Made by a program: the position numbers and the translations under genes. From NCBI RefSeq assembly GCF_000010065.1, contig NC_006576.1, positions 360,001-392,000 of the forward strand: a stretch of 32,000 nt of DNA, written 5' to 3'. Shown one piece after another: positions 20,696-27,824 of the stretch (positions are counted from its first letter, which is position 1; each line of letters starts with the position of its first letter). The notes beneath the pieces were generated by a model, which was not told where the DNA came from, did not search any database, and saw only the letters and a program-made list of their open reading frames with translations. The DNA is from Synechococcus elongatus PCC 6301. GTDB taxonomy: Bacteria; Cyanobacteriota; Cyanobacteriia; Synechococcales; Synechococcaceae.

Positions 20696-22255
20696 ATGAC
20701 TTCCGCTGAGATGACTAGCCCTAATAATAATTCTGAGCACCAAGCCATCGCTAAGATGCGCACGATGATTGAAGGCTTTGATGATATTAGTCATGGCGGT
20801 CTTCCAATCGGGCGATCGACCCTCGTTAGTGGTACTTCAGGAACCGGCAAGACCCTTTTTTCTATTCAATTTCTCTATAACGGTATTATCGAGTTTGATG
20901 AGCCTGGGGTTTTCGTTACTTTCGAAGAAACCCCGCAAGATATCATTAAAAACGCCCGTAGTTTTGGCTGGGATTTAGCCAAGCTGGTCGATGAGGGCAA
21001 ACTATTTATTCTTGATGCTTCACCCGATCCAGAAGGTCAAGAGGTTGTTGGCGGCTTCGATCTCTCTGCTCTGATTGAGCGGATTAATTATGCAATTCAA
21101 AAGTATCGAGCGCGGCGGGTTTCAATTGACTCGGTCACGTCCGTTTTCCAGCAATATGATGCCTCTTCTGTGGTTCGCCGCGAACTCTTTCGGTTGGTAG
21201 CTCGCCTAAAACAAATTGGGGCAACTACGGTCATGACCACCGAGCGTATCGAGGAATATGGCCCGATCGCTCGTTACGGTGTTGAGGAATTTGTCTCCGA
21301 TAACGTCGTGATTCTCCGCAACGTTTTGGAAGGGGAGCGCCGTCGCCGCACCCTCGAAATCCTCAAGCTACGTGGCACCAGCCACATGAAAGGGGAATAT
21401 CCGTTCACGATTACGGATCATGGCATCAATATCTTCCCGCTCGGGGCAATGCGCCTTACGCAGCGATCGTCGAACGTGCGTGTTTCATCTGGTGTCGTCC
21501 GACTCGATGAAATGTGTGGTGGGGGCTTCTTTAAGGACTCAATCATTCTGGCAACTGGCGCTACAGGCACTGGTAAAACTCTGTTAGTTAGCCGTTTCGT
21601 TGAGAATGCTTGTGCTAACAAAGAGCGGGCGATTCTGTTCGCTTATGAAGAGTCACGAGCTCAGCTGCTCCGCAATGCCTATTCATGGGGAATGGACTTT
21701 GAGGAGATGGAGCGCCAAAACCTCCTCAAAATTGTTTGCGCCTATCCTGAATCTGCAGGTCTTGAAGACCATTTGCAGATTATTAAGTCGGAGATCAATG
21801 ACTTTAAGCCAGCTCGTATTGCAATCGACTCCCTCTCTGCTTTGGCGCGGGGCGTTAGCAACAATGCCTTCCGCCAATTTGTAATTGGTGTCACTGGCTA
21901 CGCGAAACAAGAAGAAATCACGGGACTATTCACAAATACCAGTGATCAATTTATGGGAGCGCATTCGATTACTGACTCCCATATCTCAACAATTACGGAT
22001 ACGATTATCTTGCTCCAATACGTCGAGATTCGTGGCGAAATGTCCCGCGCCATTAACGTCTTCAAGATGCGCGGATCTTGGCATGACAAAGCAATCCGCG
22101 AATTCATGATCAGCGACAAAGGGCCGGACATCAAGGATTCTTTCCGGAACTTTGAGCGGATTATTTCAGGTTCGCCAACACGGATTACCGTCGATGAGAA
22201 AAGCGAACTCTCGCGAATTGTGCGCGGCGTTCAAGAAAAAGGGCCGGAGAGCTAG
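20696..22255 (+). CDS. kaiC: Circadian clock ATPase/autokinase KaiC
   Basis: 519 aa with duplicated RecA-like domains: GTSGTGKTLFSIQF and GATGTGKTLLVSRF Walker A motifs. Contains the RITVDEKSELSRIVRG tail and the phosphosites ST in DSHIST. Confidence 0.99.
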   Translation: MTSAEMTSPNNNSEHQAIAKMRTMIEGFDDISHGGLPIGRSTLVSGTSGTGKTLFSIQFLYNGIIEFDEPGVFVTFEETPQDIIKNARSFGWDLAKLVDEGKLFILDASPDPEGQEVVGGFDLSALIERINYAIQKYRARRVSIDSVTSVFQQYDASSVVRRELFRLVARLKQIGATTVMTTERIEEYGPIARYGVEEFVSDNVVILRNVLEGERRRRTLEILKLRGTSHMKGEYPFTITDHGINIFPLGAMRLTQRSSNVRVSSGVVRLDEMCGGGFFKDSIILATGATGTGKTLLVSRFVENACANKERAILFAYEESRAQLLRNAYSWGMDFEEMERQNLLKIVCAYPESAGLEDHLQIIKSEINDFKPARIAIDSLSALARGVSNNAFRQFVIGVTGYAKQEEITGLFTNTSDQFMGAHSITDSHISTITDTIILLQYVEIRGEMSRAINVFKMRGSWHDKAIREFMISDKGPDIKDSFRNFERIISGSPTRITVDEKSELSRIVRGVQEKGPES

Positions 22256-23259
22256 CCAGCGATCGCGCTTAGGTATTCTTGTCTCAGCTCAGTCGTCAAC
22301 CCGAGCACCGAGAAAGCTAAGGCCTCGCGATAAAGCCGTTGTGCTGGATTCTGTAGCGAATTCGCCGCACCAGCGGCACTGAAAACAGCGGCTTGGGTAC
22401 AACGATGCATCAGGGTCAGGGCTTGAATGCGTAGACTCAGCGCCTCTCTGAAATCAGCTTGGCCCAAGGCTTGAGCGATCGCCTGTTCGAGTTGCCCAAG
22501 TTGGGCAGTTAGAACTTCTCGGCAATCTGCATCGCGCGCAGTCAGCAGCCCTAGACAGGCACGTGCTAACCCACAGGCGAAGGCCGAGGGACTGAGCGTC
22601 CCTTGGCGATCGCGATCGCGGATCCAAGTGGCGGGCAGGATGGTCACCAAGCGATCGCGGGGCAGGGTGATGATTAGTTGCGCTGCAACCGTTCCGGTTG
22701 TACCCATCGCGGCCAGTGCGAGCGGTGAGACCTTCCACTCAGGCGCTTGGGCCGGGATCAACGCAAACGGTGTTTGCCCCTCTGGCAATGGCGCAGCAAT
22801 CAGAAACTCTTCAAAAAAACCCCAACCGGTCAGCCAAGGCAGTTCTCCCGACAGAACGATGTGATCCTTATGCCAACTGGCTTGCAGGGGTGAGGGCGAT
22901 CGACGCAGATGGGAAAAGCCAATCCCCACCGTAGGACGGCCGTAGCTGAGGCCAGAGAGTCGGCGATCGCTGGGTTGATGCTTGCTCAGAAAAGAGGCTG
23001 CACTCTGGTGCTGGGTTTGTAAAAAAGCCAAGGCACCGGAAGCACTCGCGATCGCCGCTTGAGCCTGCCATACCTCAACCGGTGAGAGCGCTAAACCTTC
23101 CTCACAGGCAGGGACAGAAAACCCGAGCCAACCGCGATCGCCCATTGCCTGCAACACCTGAGCCAGCACTACCGGATCCTGATCGATCCGCTCGGCTTGG
23201 GGCTGCACCTCAGCGGTCAGCCAAGCTTGCAAATCTTGCAGGTCGAATCGAGGAGCCAT
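22252..23259 (-). CDS. Acyl-CoA dehydrogenase-like protein
   Basis: FDLQDLQAWLTAEVQPQAERIDQDPVVLAQVLQAMGDRGWLGFSVPACEEG...; GELPWLTGWGFFEEFLIAAPLPEG, SPLALAAMGTTGTVAAQL: ACAD-fold N-terminal and middle domains. Confidence 0.7.
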   Translation of the reverse strand: MAPRFDLQDLQAWLTAEVQPQAERIDQDPVVLAQVLQAMGDRGWLGFSVPACEEGLALSPVEVWQAQAAIASASGALAFLQTQHQSAASFLSKHQPSDRRLSGLSYGRPTVGIGFSHLRRSPSPLQASWHKDHIVLSGELPWLTGWGFFEEFLIAAPLPEGQTPFALIPAQAPEWKVSPLALAAMGTTGTVAAQLIITLPRDRLVTILPATWIRDRDRQGTLSPSAFACGLARACLGLLTARDADCREVLTAQLGQLEQAIAQALGQADFREALSLRIQALTLMHRCTQAAVFSAAGAANSLQNPAQRLYREALAFSVLGLTTELRQEYLSAIAG

Positions 23260-23284
23260 ATCAGCGGGCGATCGCGATTAAACC

Positions 23285-23788
23285 TTAGGCAGCGAGTGCT
23301 GCTTCGATCGCTTGAATCAGGCTGGCATCGTTGGGGGCAACGCCACTCTTGAAGCGGGCTAAGACAGTGCCATCCTTGCCGACCAAAAATTTCTCAAAGT
23401 TCCAAGCTACGTCACCGGCAGGGTCCGTTTGCGTCAGCGCTGCGTAAAGAGGATGTTGATCCGCGCCTTTGGCATGGACTTTATCGAACAGTTCGAAGCT
23501 GACATCGAAACGAGTGGAGCAGAAGGTTTTGATCTCCTCATTGCTGCCCGGTTCCTGGGCCCCAAAGTCATTGCAGGGGAACGCCAAGACCTGCAGACCG
23601 CGATCGCGGTATTGGCGATAGAGGGCTTCCAAGCCGCTGTACTGCGAGGTGTAACCGCAGTAGGAGGCCACGTTGACAATCAACAACACCTGACCGGCGT
23701 AGTCGCTGAGGCTTTTCGCTGCACCGTCGATGGTTGTGACGGCGATGTCAGTGACTTGAGGAGCCATGGATACGTTACGAATCTTCAT
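23285..23788 (-). CDS. Glutathione peroxidase family protein (cysteine type)
   Basis: LLIVNVASYCGYTSQYSGLEALYRQYRDRGLQVLAFPCNDFGAQEPGSNEEIKTFC; WNFEKFLVGKDGTVLARF. Confidence 0.93.
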   Translation of the reverse strand: MKIRNVSMAPQVTDIAVTTIDGAAKSLSDYAGQVLLIVNVASYCGYTSQYSGLEALYRQYRDRGLQVLAFPCNDFGAQEPGSNEEIKTFCSTRFDVSFELFDKVHAKGADQHPLYAALTQTDPAGDVAWNFEKFLVGKDGTVLARFKSGVAPNDASLIQAIEAALAA

Positions 23789-23918
23789 GGTCTATTCTCG
23801 CAGGCACTCGGGCTGAGCTGCAGAGCCGCTCTGAAATCTCAAGCTTCGGGCGAGCTGGAAGCCAAGCAAAGGCGATCGGGTTTTTAGCGAGCGGGGAGTC
23901 CCGTGATGCTTTGGGATT

Positions 23919-24335
23919 TTAGGAAAGGAGAGGGTTAGCGAGTTCCCAGTCCACCACCCGCAAACCCGTGATGCGAACAAACTCTCGCGTGTTGTAGGTG
24001 ACGAGGGTGGTATCGAAAGCACGAGCCGTGGCTGCAATCAGGAGATCATTTGGGCCAATGGGTTTGCCTTGGGCAGCGGGGTCAGCGCGAATCAGTCCGG
24101 CTTCTTCGGCACAGCGATCGGTGAAGGGGAGACTTTGCAGAGGAGCAAAGAAGCGATCGAGGAGCTGTAGGTTCGCTTCGACGTTTTGACTACGGCGTGC
24201 CCCGTAGAGCAGTTCAGATTTGACGATGCTGCAGAGGGCAATGTCTGCGGGCGATTGTTGCCGAAAGTGCTGCAGTAACTGGGGATGGCGGCGATTAAGG
24301 AGCTGGATGCAAGCGTTGGTGTCGAGCAGAAACAT
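23919..24335 (-). CDS. PIN-domain ribonuclease toxin (VapC-like)
   Basis: MFLLDTNACIQLLNRR (first Asp), SIVKSELLYGARRS (Glu), PIGPNDLLIAATARAFDTTLVTYNTREF (C-terminal acidic cluster). Confidence 0.88.
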   Translation of the reverse strand: MFLLDTNACIQLLNRRHPQLLQHFRQQSPADIALCSIVKSELLYGARRSQNVEANLQLLDRFFAPLQSLPFTDRCAEEAGLIRADPAAQGKPIGPNDLLIAATARAFDTTLVTYNTREFVRITGLRVVDWELANPLLS

Positions 24336-24338
24336 TGT

Positions 24339-24563
24339 CTATTGCCAGTCCAGGCGCTCTTCCCAGGCATCAGATGTGGGGCGTTCCGGTGGGTCGCCTT
24401 GCCACTGTCTAAAGATTTCGAAGTAGCCCTCAGGCCAGTCGTGGTTGAGGTCGCGCTTGACGAGGAGCGCCAGATATTTAGAGAGAGACAGCTGAGCGGA
24501 TTCTGCCTTGGCTTGTAGTCGCTTGGCGATGTCTTCGGAGACATAGCAATGGAGCTGAGGCAT
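24339..24563 (-). CDS. Putative antitoxin partner of the PIN toxin (ribbon-helix-helix-like)
   Basis: MPQLHCYVSEDIAKRLQAKAESAQLSLSKYLALLVKRDLN..W: RHH-like N terminus. Lies 3 nt upstream of the PIN ORF, same strand. Confidence 0.75.
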   Translation of the reverse strand: MPQLHCYVSEDIAKRLQAKAESAQLSLSKYLALLVKRDLNHDWPEGYFEIFRQWQGDPPERPTSDAWEERLDWQ

Positions 24564-24631
24564 AAGGAATAGGTTGTTTATATGTAGAGTATGTGTCTCT
24601 CAGACTAGCACTGCTAGGGTGGGAACAATAG

Positions 24632-24715
24632 GATAGCGATCGCCTCTTACCTAAGCTGATATCTGATGAAATTCGGATCAAAGATGCCGAGAAAGTAGCT
24701 GAGGAGGTGTTGTAG
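24632..24715 (+). pseudogene. Vestigial DUF2442-like C-terminal tail upstream of the first DUF4160 gene
   Basis: Frame reads DSDRLLPKLISDEIRIKDAEKVAEEVL*. It aligns without gaps to the C terminus of ORF 24980..25324 (DRLLPQLMSSGSERKDAEEATGESL*): 13 of 25 residues identical by eye, and an identical TTGTAGTGCC stop/start junction. Confidence 0.7.
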
Positions 24716-24975
24716 TGCCAGAGATTAGCCGCTTCTTTGGAATCATTATCACTATGTACTACAACGACCACGCGCCGCCCCACTTCCATGTTCGCTATGG
24801 TCAACAGAAAGCCATCATTTCTATTGATACTCTTGCCGTTTTAGAAGGAAGCCTTAAACCCCGTACCCTTGGGCTCGTGATTGAATGGGCAGCTCAGCAC
24901 CAAGCCGAACTAAGGAATGACTGGCAGCTTGCCCGCCAAAACGCTCCCCTAGAAGCGATCGAACCACTGGAGTAA
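24715..24975 (+). CDS. DUF4160 family protein (copy 1)
   Basis: (GTG start) MPEISRFFGIIITMYYNDHAPPHFHVRYGQQKAIISIDTLAVLEG: classic DUF4160 signature. Confidence 0.88.
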   Translation: MPEISRFFGIIITMYYNDHAPPHFHVRYGQQKAIISIDTLAVLEGSLKPRTLGLVIEWAAQHQAELRNDWQLARQNAPLEAIEPLE

Positions 24976-24979
24976 GACC

Positions 24980-25324
24980 ATGCTCAAAGATGTCATTGCT
25001 GTAAAAGCGATCGAAGATTATCAACTTCAGATCACCTTTGAAGACCATAAAGAAGGAATCGTTAATCTAGCCGAAATCATCGAGTTTAGCGGCATCTTCG
25101 AGCCGCTCAAGAATCCTACTTACTTTGCTACTGTCCAAGTTGATCCAGATCTCGGGACTCTTTGCTGGGACAACGGTGCAGATATTGATCCGGTGGTTCT
25201 GTATGCCAAAGTCACGAACCCAGAAACATCCCTATCTGAGATCCGTGATCGGCTTTTACCTCAGCTAATGTCTAGCGGAAGTGAGCGTAAGGATGCTGAG
25301 GAAGCAACTGGGGAGAGCTTGTAG
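24980..25324 (+). CDS. DUF2442 family protein (copy 1)
   Basis: VKAIEDYQLQITFEDHKEGIVNLAEIIEFSGIFEPLKNPTYFATVQVDPDLGTLCWDNGADIDPVVLYAK. Confidence 0.88.
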   Translation: MLKDVIAVKAIEDYQLQITFEDHKEGIVNLAEIIEFSGIFEPLKNPTYFATVQVDPDLGTLCWDNGADIDPVVLYAKVTNPETSLSEIRDRLLPQLMSSGSERKDAEEATGESL

Positions 25325-25572
25325 TGCCAACTGTTCTTTTTTTGCGAGGTTGGCGGTTCCATTTCTATTCCAATGAAGGAACGGAACCAATCCTCATTCA
25401 CGCTCAAAGAGGAGAGGCTGAATGTAAATACTGGCTTAATCCAGAAATCTATGACATCCGAGAAGCCTATGCTTACAATATGAGTAAACGAGATACAAGA
25501 GAGGTACGCAAAATTATCCTGCAAAACTTTGATGAAATCGTAGAAGCTTGGACTAACTATTTCGGAGAGTAA
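25324..25572 (+). CDS. DUF4160 family protein (copy 2, divergent subtype)
   Basis: (GTG start) MPTVLFLRGWRFHFYSNEGTEPILIHAQRGEAECKYWLNP. GTG overlaps the upstream TAG stop (TAGTG). Confidence 0.83.
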   Translation: MPTVLFLRGWRFHFYSNEGTEPILIHAQRGEAECKYWLNPEIYDIREAYAYNMSKRDTREVRKIILQNFDEIVEAWTNYFGE

Positions 25573-25574
25573 AT

Positions 25575-25835
25575 ATGAATCCACATCATATCGTTCAAAA
25601 CCTTAGCTTTGACCAAGAAAACATGATTCTCAGTGTTGATGGGTCAACGTACTCTATCCCAATTAGCCAAGCTTCAAAACGGCTCTCTCAAGCAACAGAA
25701 GCAGAACGCAAGCTTTATCAAATTTCTCCCTCTGGCTATGGCATTCATTGGTTAGCAATTGACGAAGACCTATCCATTGATGGCTTGATTCGCTTGGCAA
25801 ATAGTCTGCCAGTCCAGAATGCCTCCAGATTCTAA
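25575..25835 (+). CDS. DUF2442 family protein (copy 2, short divergent subtype)
   Basis: MILSVDGSTYSIPISQASKRLSQATEAERKLYQISPSGYGIHWLAIDEDLSIDGLIR. Confidence 0.83.
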   Translation: MNPHHIVQNLSFDQENMILSVDGSTYSIPISQASKRLSQATEAERKLYQISPSGYGIHWLAIDEDLSIDGLIRLANSLPVQNASRF

Positions 25836-25922
25836 CCATGCATGGCTTTGAGGAAATGCCCCGTGGGACTGGCCTCAGACAAAGCCCCTGAGTTAGCGAT
25901 CGCCAGTTTTGGCTAAGTGCTA

Positions 25923-25946
25923 TTGTTGTACAACAAGCTGTACAAC
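25923..25946 (+). promoter_or_regulatory. Predicted YefM/YefM-YoeB operator: long plus short palindrome
   Basis: TTGTTGTACAACAA (perfect 14-nt palindrome) directly followed by GCTGTACAAC. Two TGTACA cores at 25927-25932 and 25939-25944, 12 bp centre to centre, 11 nt before the yefM ATG. Confidence 0.75.
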
Positions 25947-25956
25947 TCCTCGGCTC

Positions 25957-26211
25957 ATGAAAGTTGTTTCCTTCAGTGACGCCAGAAAAAATCTCAAGAC
26001 TGTCTTGGATGAAGTCGTCAACGACGCTGACTACACGATCATTACTCGCCGCAATGCCGAGGAGGTCGTGGTCATGTCCCTCGACTCCTTCAATAGCCTG
26101 ATCGAAACCTTCCACCTGCTCAAATCCCCTGCCAATGCTGCTCACCTACAACGCTCGATCGCTCAGTACCAGCAAGGTCAAACAGTCGAGCGAAATCTAT
26201 TAGATGCGTAA
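25957..26211 (+). CDS. yefM: YefM-type antitoxin (Phd/YefM family)
   Basis: MKVVSFSDARKNLKTVLDEVVNDADYTIITRRNAEEVVVMSLDSFNSLIETFHLLKSPANAAHL. ATG 25957 inside track ORF 25909..26211. Confidence 0.92.
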   Translation: MKVVSFSDARKNLKTVLDEVVNDADYTIITRRNAEEVVVMSLDSFNSLIETFHLLKSPANAAHLQRSIAQYQQGQTVERNLLDA

Positions 26212-26467
26212 GCTGGCTTGGACAAACGAGGCTTGGGAAGATTACCTGTATTGGCAAGGGCAGGACAAGAAGACCTTAAATCGCATCAACAAGCTCATTA
26301 CCGAAACCTTGCGATCGCCCTTTGAGGGGATTGGTAAGCCAGAAGCGCTCAGGGAGAACCTGACTGGGTTTTGGTCACGCCGCATTGACGACACCAATCG
26401 CTTAGTTTACGCAGTAGCAGATGACTACCTGACCATTATTTCCTGTCGCTACCACTACAGCGATTAA
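26204..26467 (+). CDS. yoeB: YoeB/Txe-family mRNA interferase toxin
   Basis: LAWTNEAWEDYLYWQGQDKKTLNRINKLITETLRSPFEGIGKPEALRENLTGFWSRRIDDTNRLVYAVADDYLTIISCRYHY. Full catalytic C terminus; overlaps yefM by 8 nt. Confidence 0.94.
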   Translation: MRKLAWTNEAWEDYLYWQGQDKKTLNRINKLITETLRSPFEGIGKPEALRENLTGFWSRRIDDTNRLVYAVADDYLTIISCRYHYSD

Positions 26468-26593
26468 TACCTCCTCAGTCTTTTCAACAATATGGGTACT
26501 GGCTGAGTAATCACAGTTGTGCCAAGGGCAGCAAGTCTGAACAGCAATGTGATGTCTGTCAGCACAAGTAAGGTATGAAATTTATAGACAGAC

Positions 26594-26827
26594 TCATTGA
26601 TATTTTTGGCTGAGATAGTCGCTGTAGTCTGCCTGTAATTCCTGATCGCTAACGGTTGTTCCTAAGCGTTTGGCAATTCCCCGCAATCCAATCAGCGTTC
26701 CTGGCGGAATCACTGACTGGGGTTGGGGGCTTTGTTGCTGCAGAAACTCCGCAAAGTGCAAAACCTCCGTCACCTTTTCTTCAGGAAGCGTTTGGATCAG
26801 TTGGTAGAGTTTCTCGGCAGCAGTCAT
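26594..26827 (-). CDS. DUF2281/VapB-like small protein, probable orphan antitoxin
   Basis: From internal ATG: MTAAEKLYQLIQTLPEEKVTEVLHFAEFLQQQ...TLIGLRGIAKRLGTTVSDQELQADYSDYLSQKYQ. No toxin ORF on the same strand beside it. Confidence 0.6.
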   Translation of the reverse strand: MTAAEKLYQLIQTLPEEKVTEVLHFAEFLQQQSPQPQSVIPPGTLIGLRGIAKRLGTTVSDQELQADYSDYLSQKYQ

Positions 26828-26865
26828 GACTGAAGCCGTTGGATCTGTCTTTATATCGTGGCGAA

Positions 26866-27069
26866 TCATGGCTGGGTCTGGGGGATCCAAGTGATGCGCT
26901 GGAAGCGGGCAGGGTTGCCAGCGGTATAACGCACCGTGTTTTGAATGTTGCGATGGCCTAAGTAGTCCTGAATATCGCGAGTCGGTAGACCCTGTTCAGC
27001 CAAGGCATAGCCGCAGGACTGGCGGAACATGTGCGGGTGAACCTGAATTTTGAAAGCTTTAGCGATCGC
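26866..27069 (-). pseudogene. C-terminal remnant of a tyrosine recombinase/phage-type integrase
   Basis: Minus strand reads AIAKAFKIQVHPHMFRQSCGYALAEQGLPTRDIQDYLGHRNIQNTVRYTAGNPARFQRITWIPQTQP*. HxxR, LGH and catalytic Tyr (VRYTA) motifs are present. It is preceded by an in-frame TAA at 27070-27072, with no N-terminal domain. Confidence 0.85.
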
Positions 27070-27102
27070 TTAGACTGGTTGGCCTCTAGTTGTTTGCTTG
27101 CC

Positions 27103-27345
27103 ATGCAAACTGTTGGCGCGTTTGAAGCCAAGACCCATCTCTCCAGCCTGCTCGACTCCGTCTGTCAGGGGGAGCAGATCGTGATTACCCGCCACGGTTG
27201 CCCGATCGCCCGTTTGGTGCCAGCAGAAGGTCCTGATCAGTCTGCGGTCCAAGCCGCGATCGCCCGTCTTCGGCAGCTCAGCCAAGGTCAAACCCTCAAC
27301 GGAATTACGGTGCAGGAACTCCGTGATACTGGGCGGCGGGCATGA
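27103..27345 (+). CDS. Phd/YefM-type (VapB) antitoxin
   Basis: MQTVGAFEAKTHLSSLLDSVCQGEQIVITRHGCPIARLVPAEG. Probable ATG at 27103 inside track ORF 27031..27345. Confidence 0.9.
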   Translation: MQTVGAFEAKTHLSSLLDSVCQGEQIVITRHGCPIARLVPAEGPDQSAVQAAIARLRQLSQGQTLNGITVQELRDTGRRA

Positions 27346-27755
27346 GCTTTGTGTTGGATGTCTCACTGGCTTGTGCTTGGTGTTTTGCGGATGAGGCAAC
27401 ACCGGAATCTTGGGCTTTATTGGAGCAGTTGCAACAATCTCCAGCAGTTGTCCCTGCACTTTGGCTCTGGGAAGTTGGGCATGTCTTGGTGCAAGCAGAG
27501 CGCCGGCAAAGGATTAGCGCCGCTGCGAGTCGTGAGTTTTTATCGCTGCTAGAGATGTTGCCGATTGAGGTAGAACCCGCTGCTGTCGGTACCGTTTGGC
27601 ATGACACATTGGCGATCGCTTGCAGTCAACAGCTGACTGCTTATGACGCAGCTTATTTGGAGCTGGCGATGCGGCGGGGATTCGCTCTGGCAACTTGCGA
27701 TCGCGCCTTGATCAGTGCTGCGGAAGCCGTGGGAGTTACGTTACTGCCGACCTAA
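27342..27755 (+). CDS. PIN-domain toxin (VapC)
   Basis: MSFVLDVSLACAWCFADEATPES, WEVGHVLVQAERR, ACSQQLTAYDAAYLELAMRRGFALATCDRALISAAEAVGVTLL; overlaps the antitoxin by 4 nt (ATGA). Confidence 0.92.
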   Translation: MSFVLDVSLACAWCFADEATPESWALLEQLQQSPAVVPALWLWEVGHVLVQAERRQRISAAASREFLSLLEMLPIEVEPAAVGTVWHDTLAIACSQQLTAYDAAYLELAMRRGFALATCDRALISAAEAVGVTLLPT

Positions 27756-27824
27756 AAACTGCAGATATAGACTTGGACCTCCGATTTACGACCGCCATCG
27801 GCAAAATGGTAGGTTGCAGTTGCC

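Noticed and set aside
23429-23887. 152-aa plus-strand ORF opposite the glutathione peroxidase gene
   Set aside because: Antisense to a conserved gene; composition mirrors the opposite strand; no recognisable domain.
24092-24544. 150-aa minus-strand ORF over the PIN toxin/antitoxin pair
   Set aside because: Same strand but out of frame with two well-supported genes; Ser/Pro-rich low-complexity translation.
25663-26145. 160-aa minus-strand ORF opposite DUF2442 copy 2 and yefM
   Set aside because: Antisense to better supported small genes; no motif.
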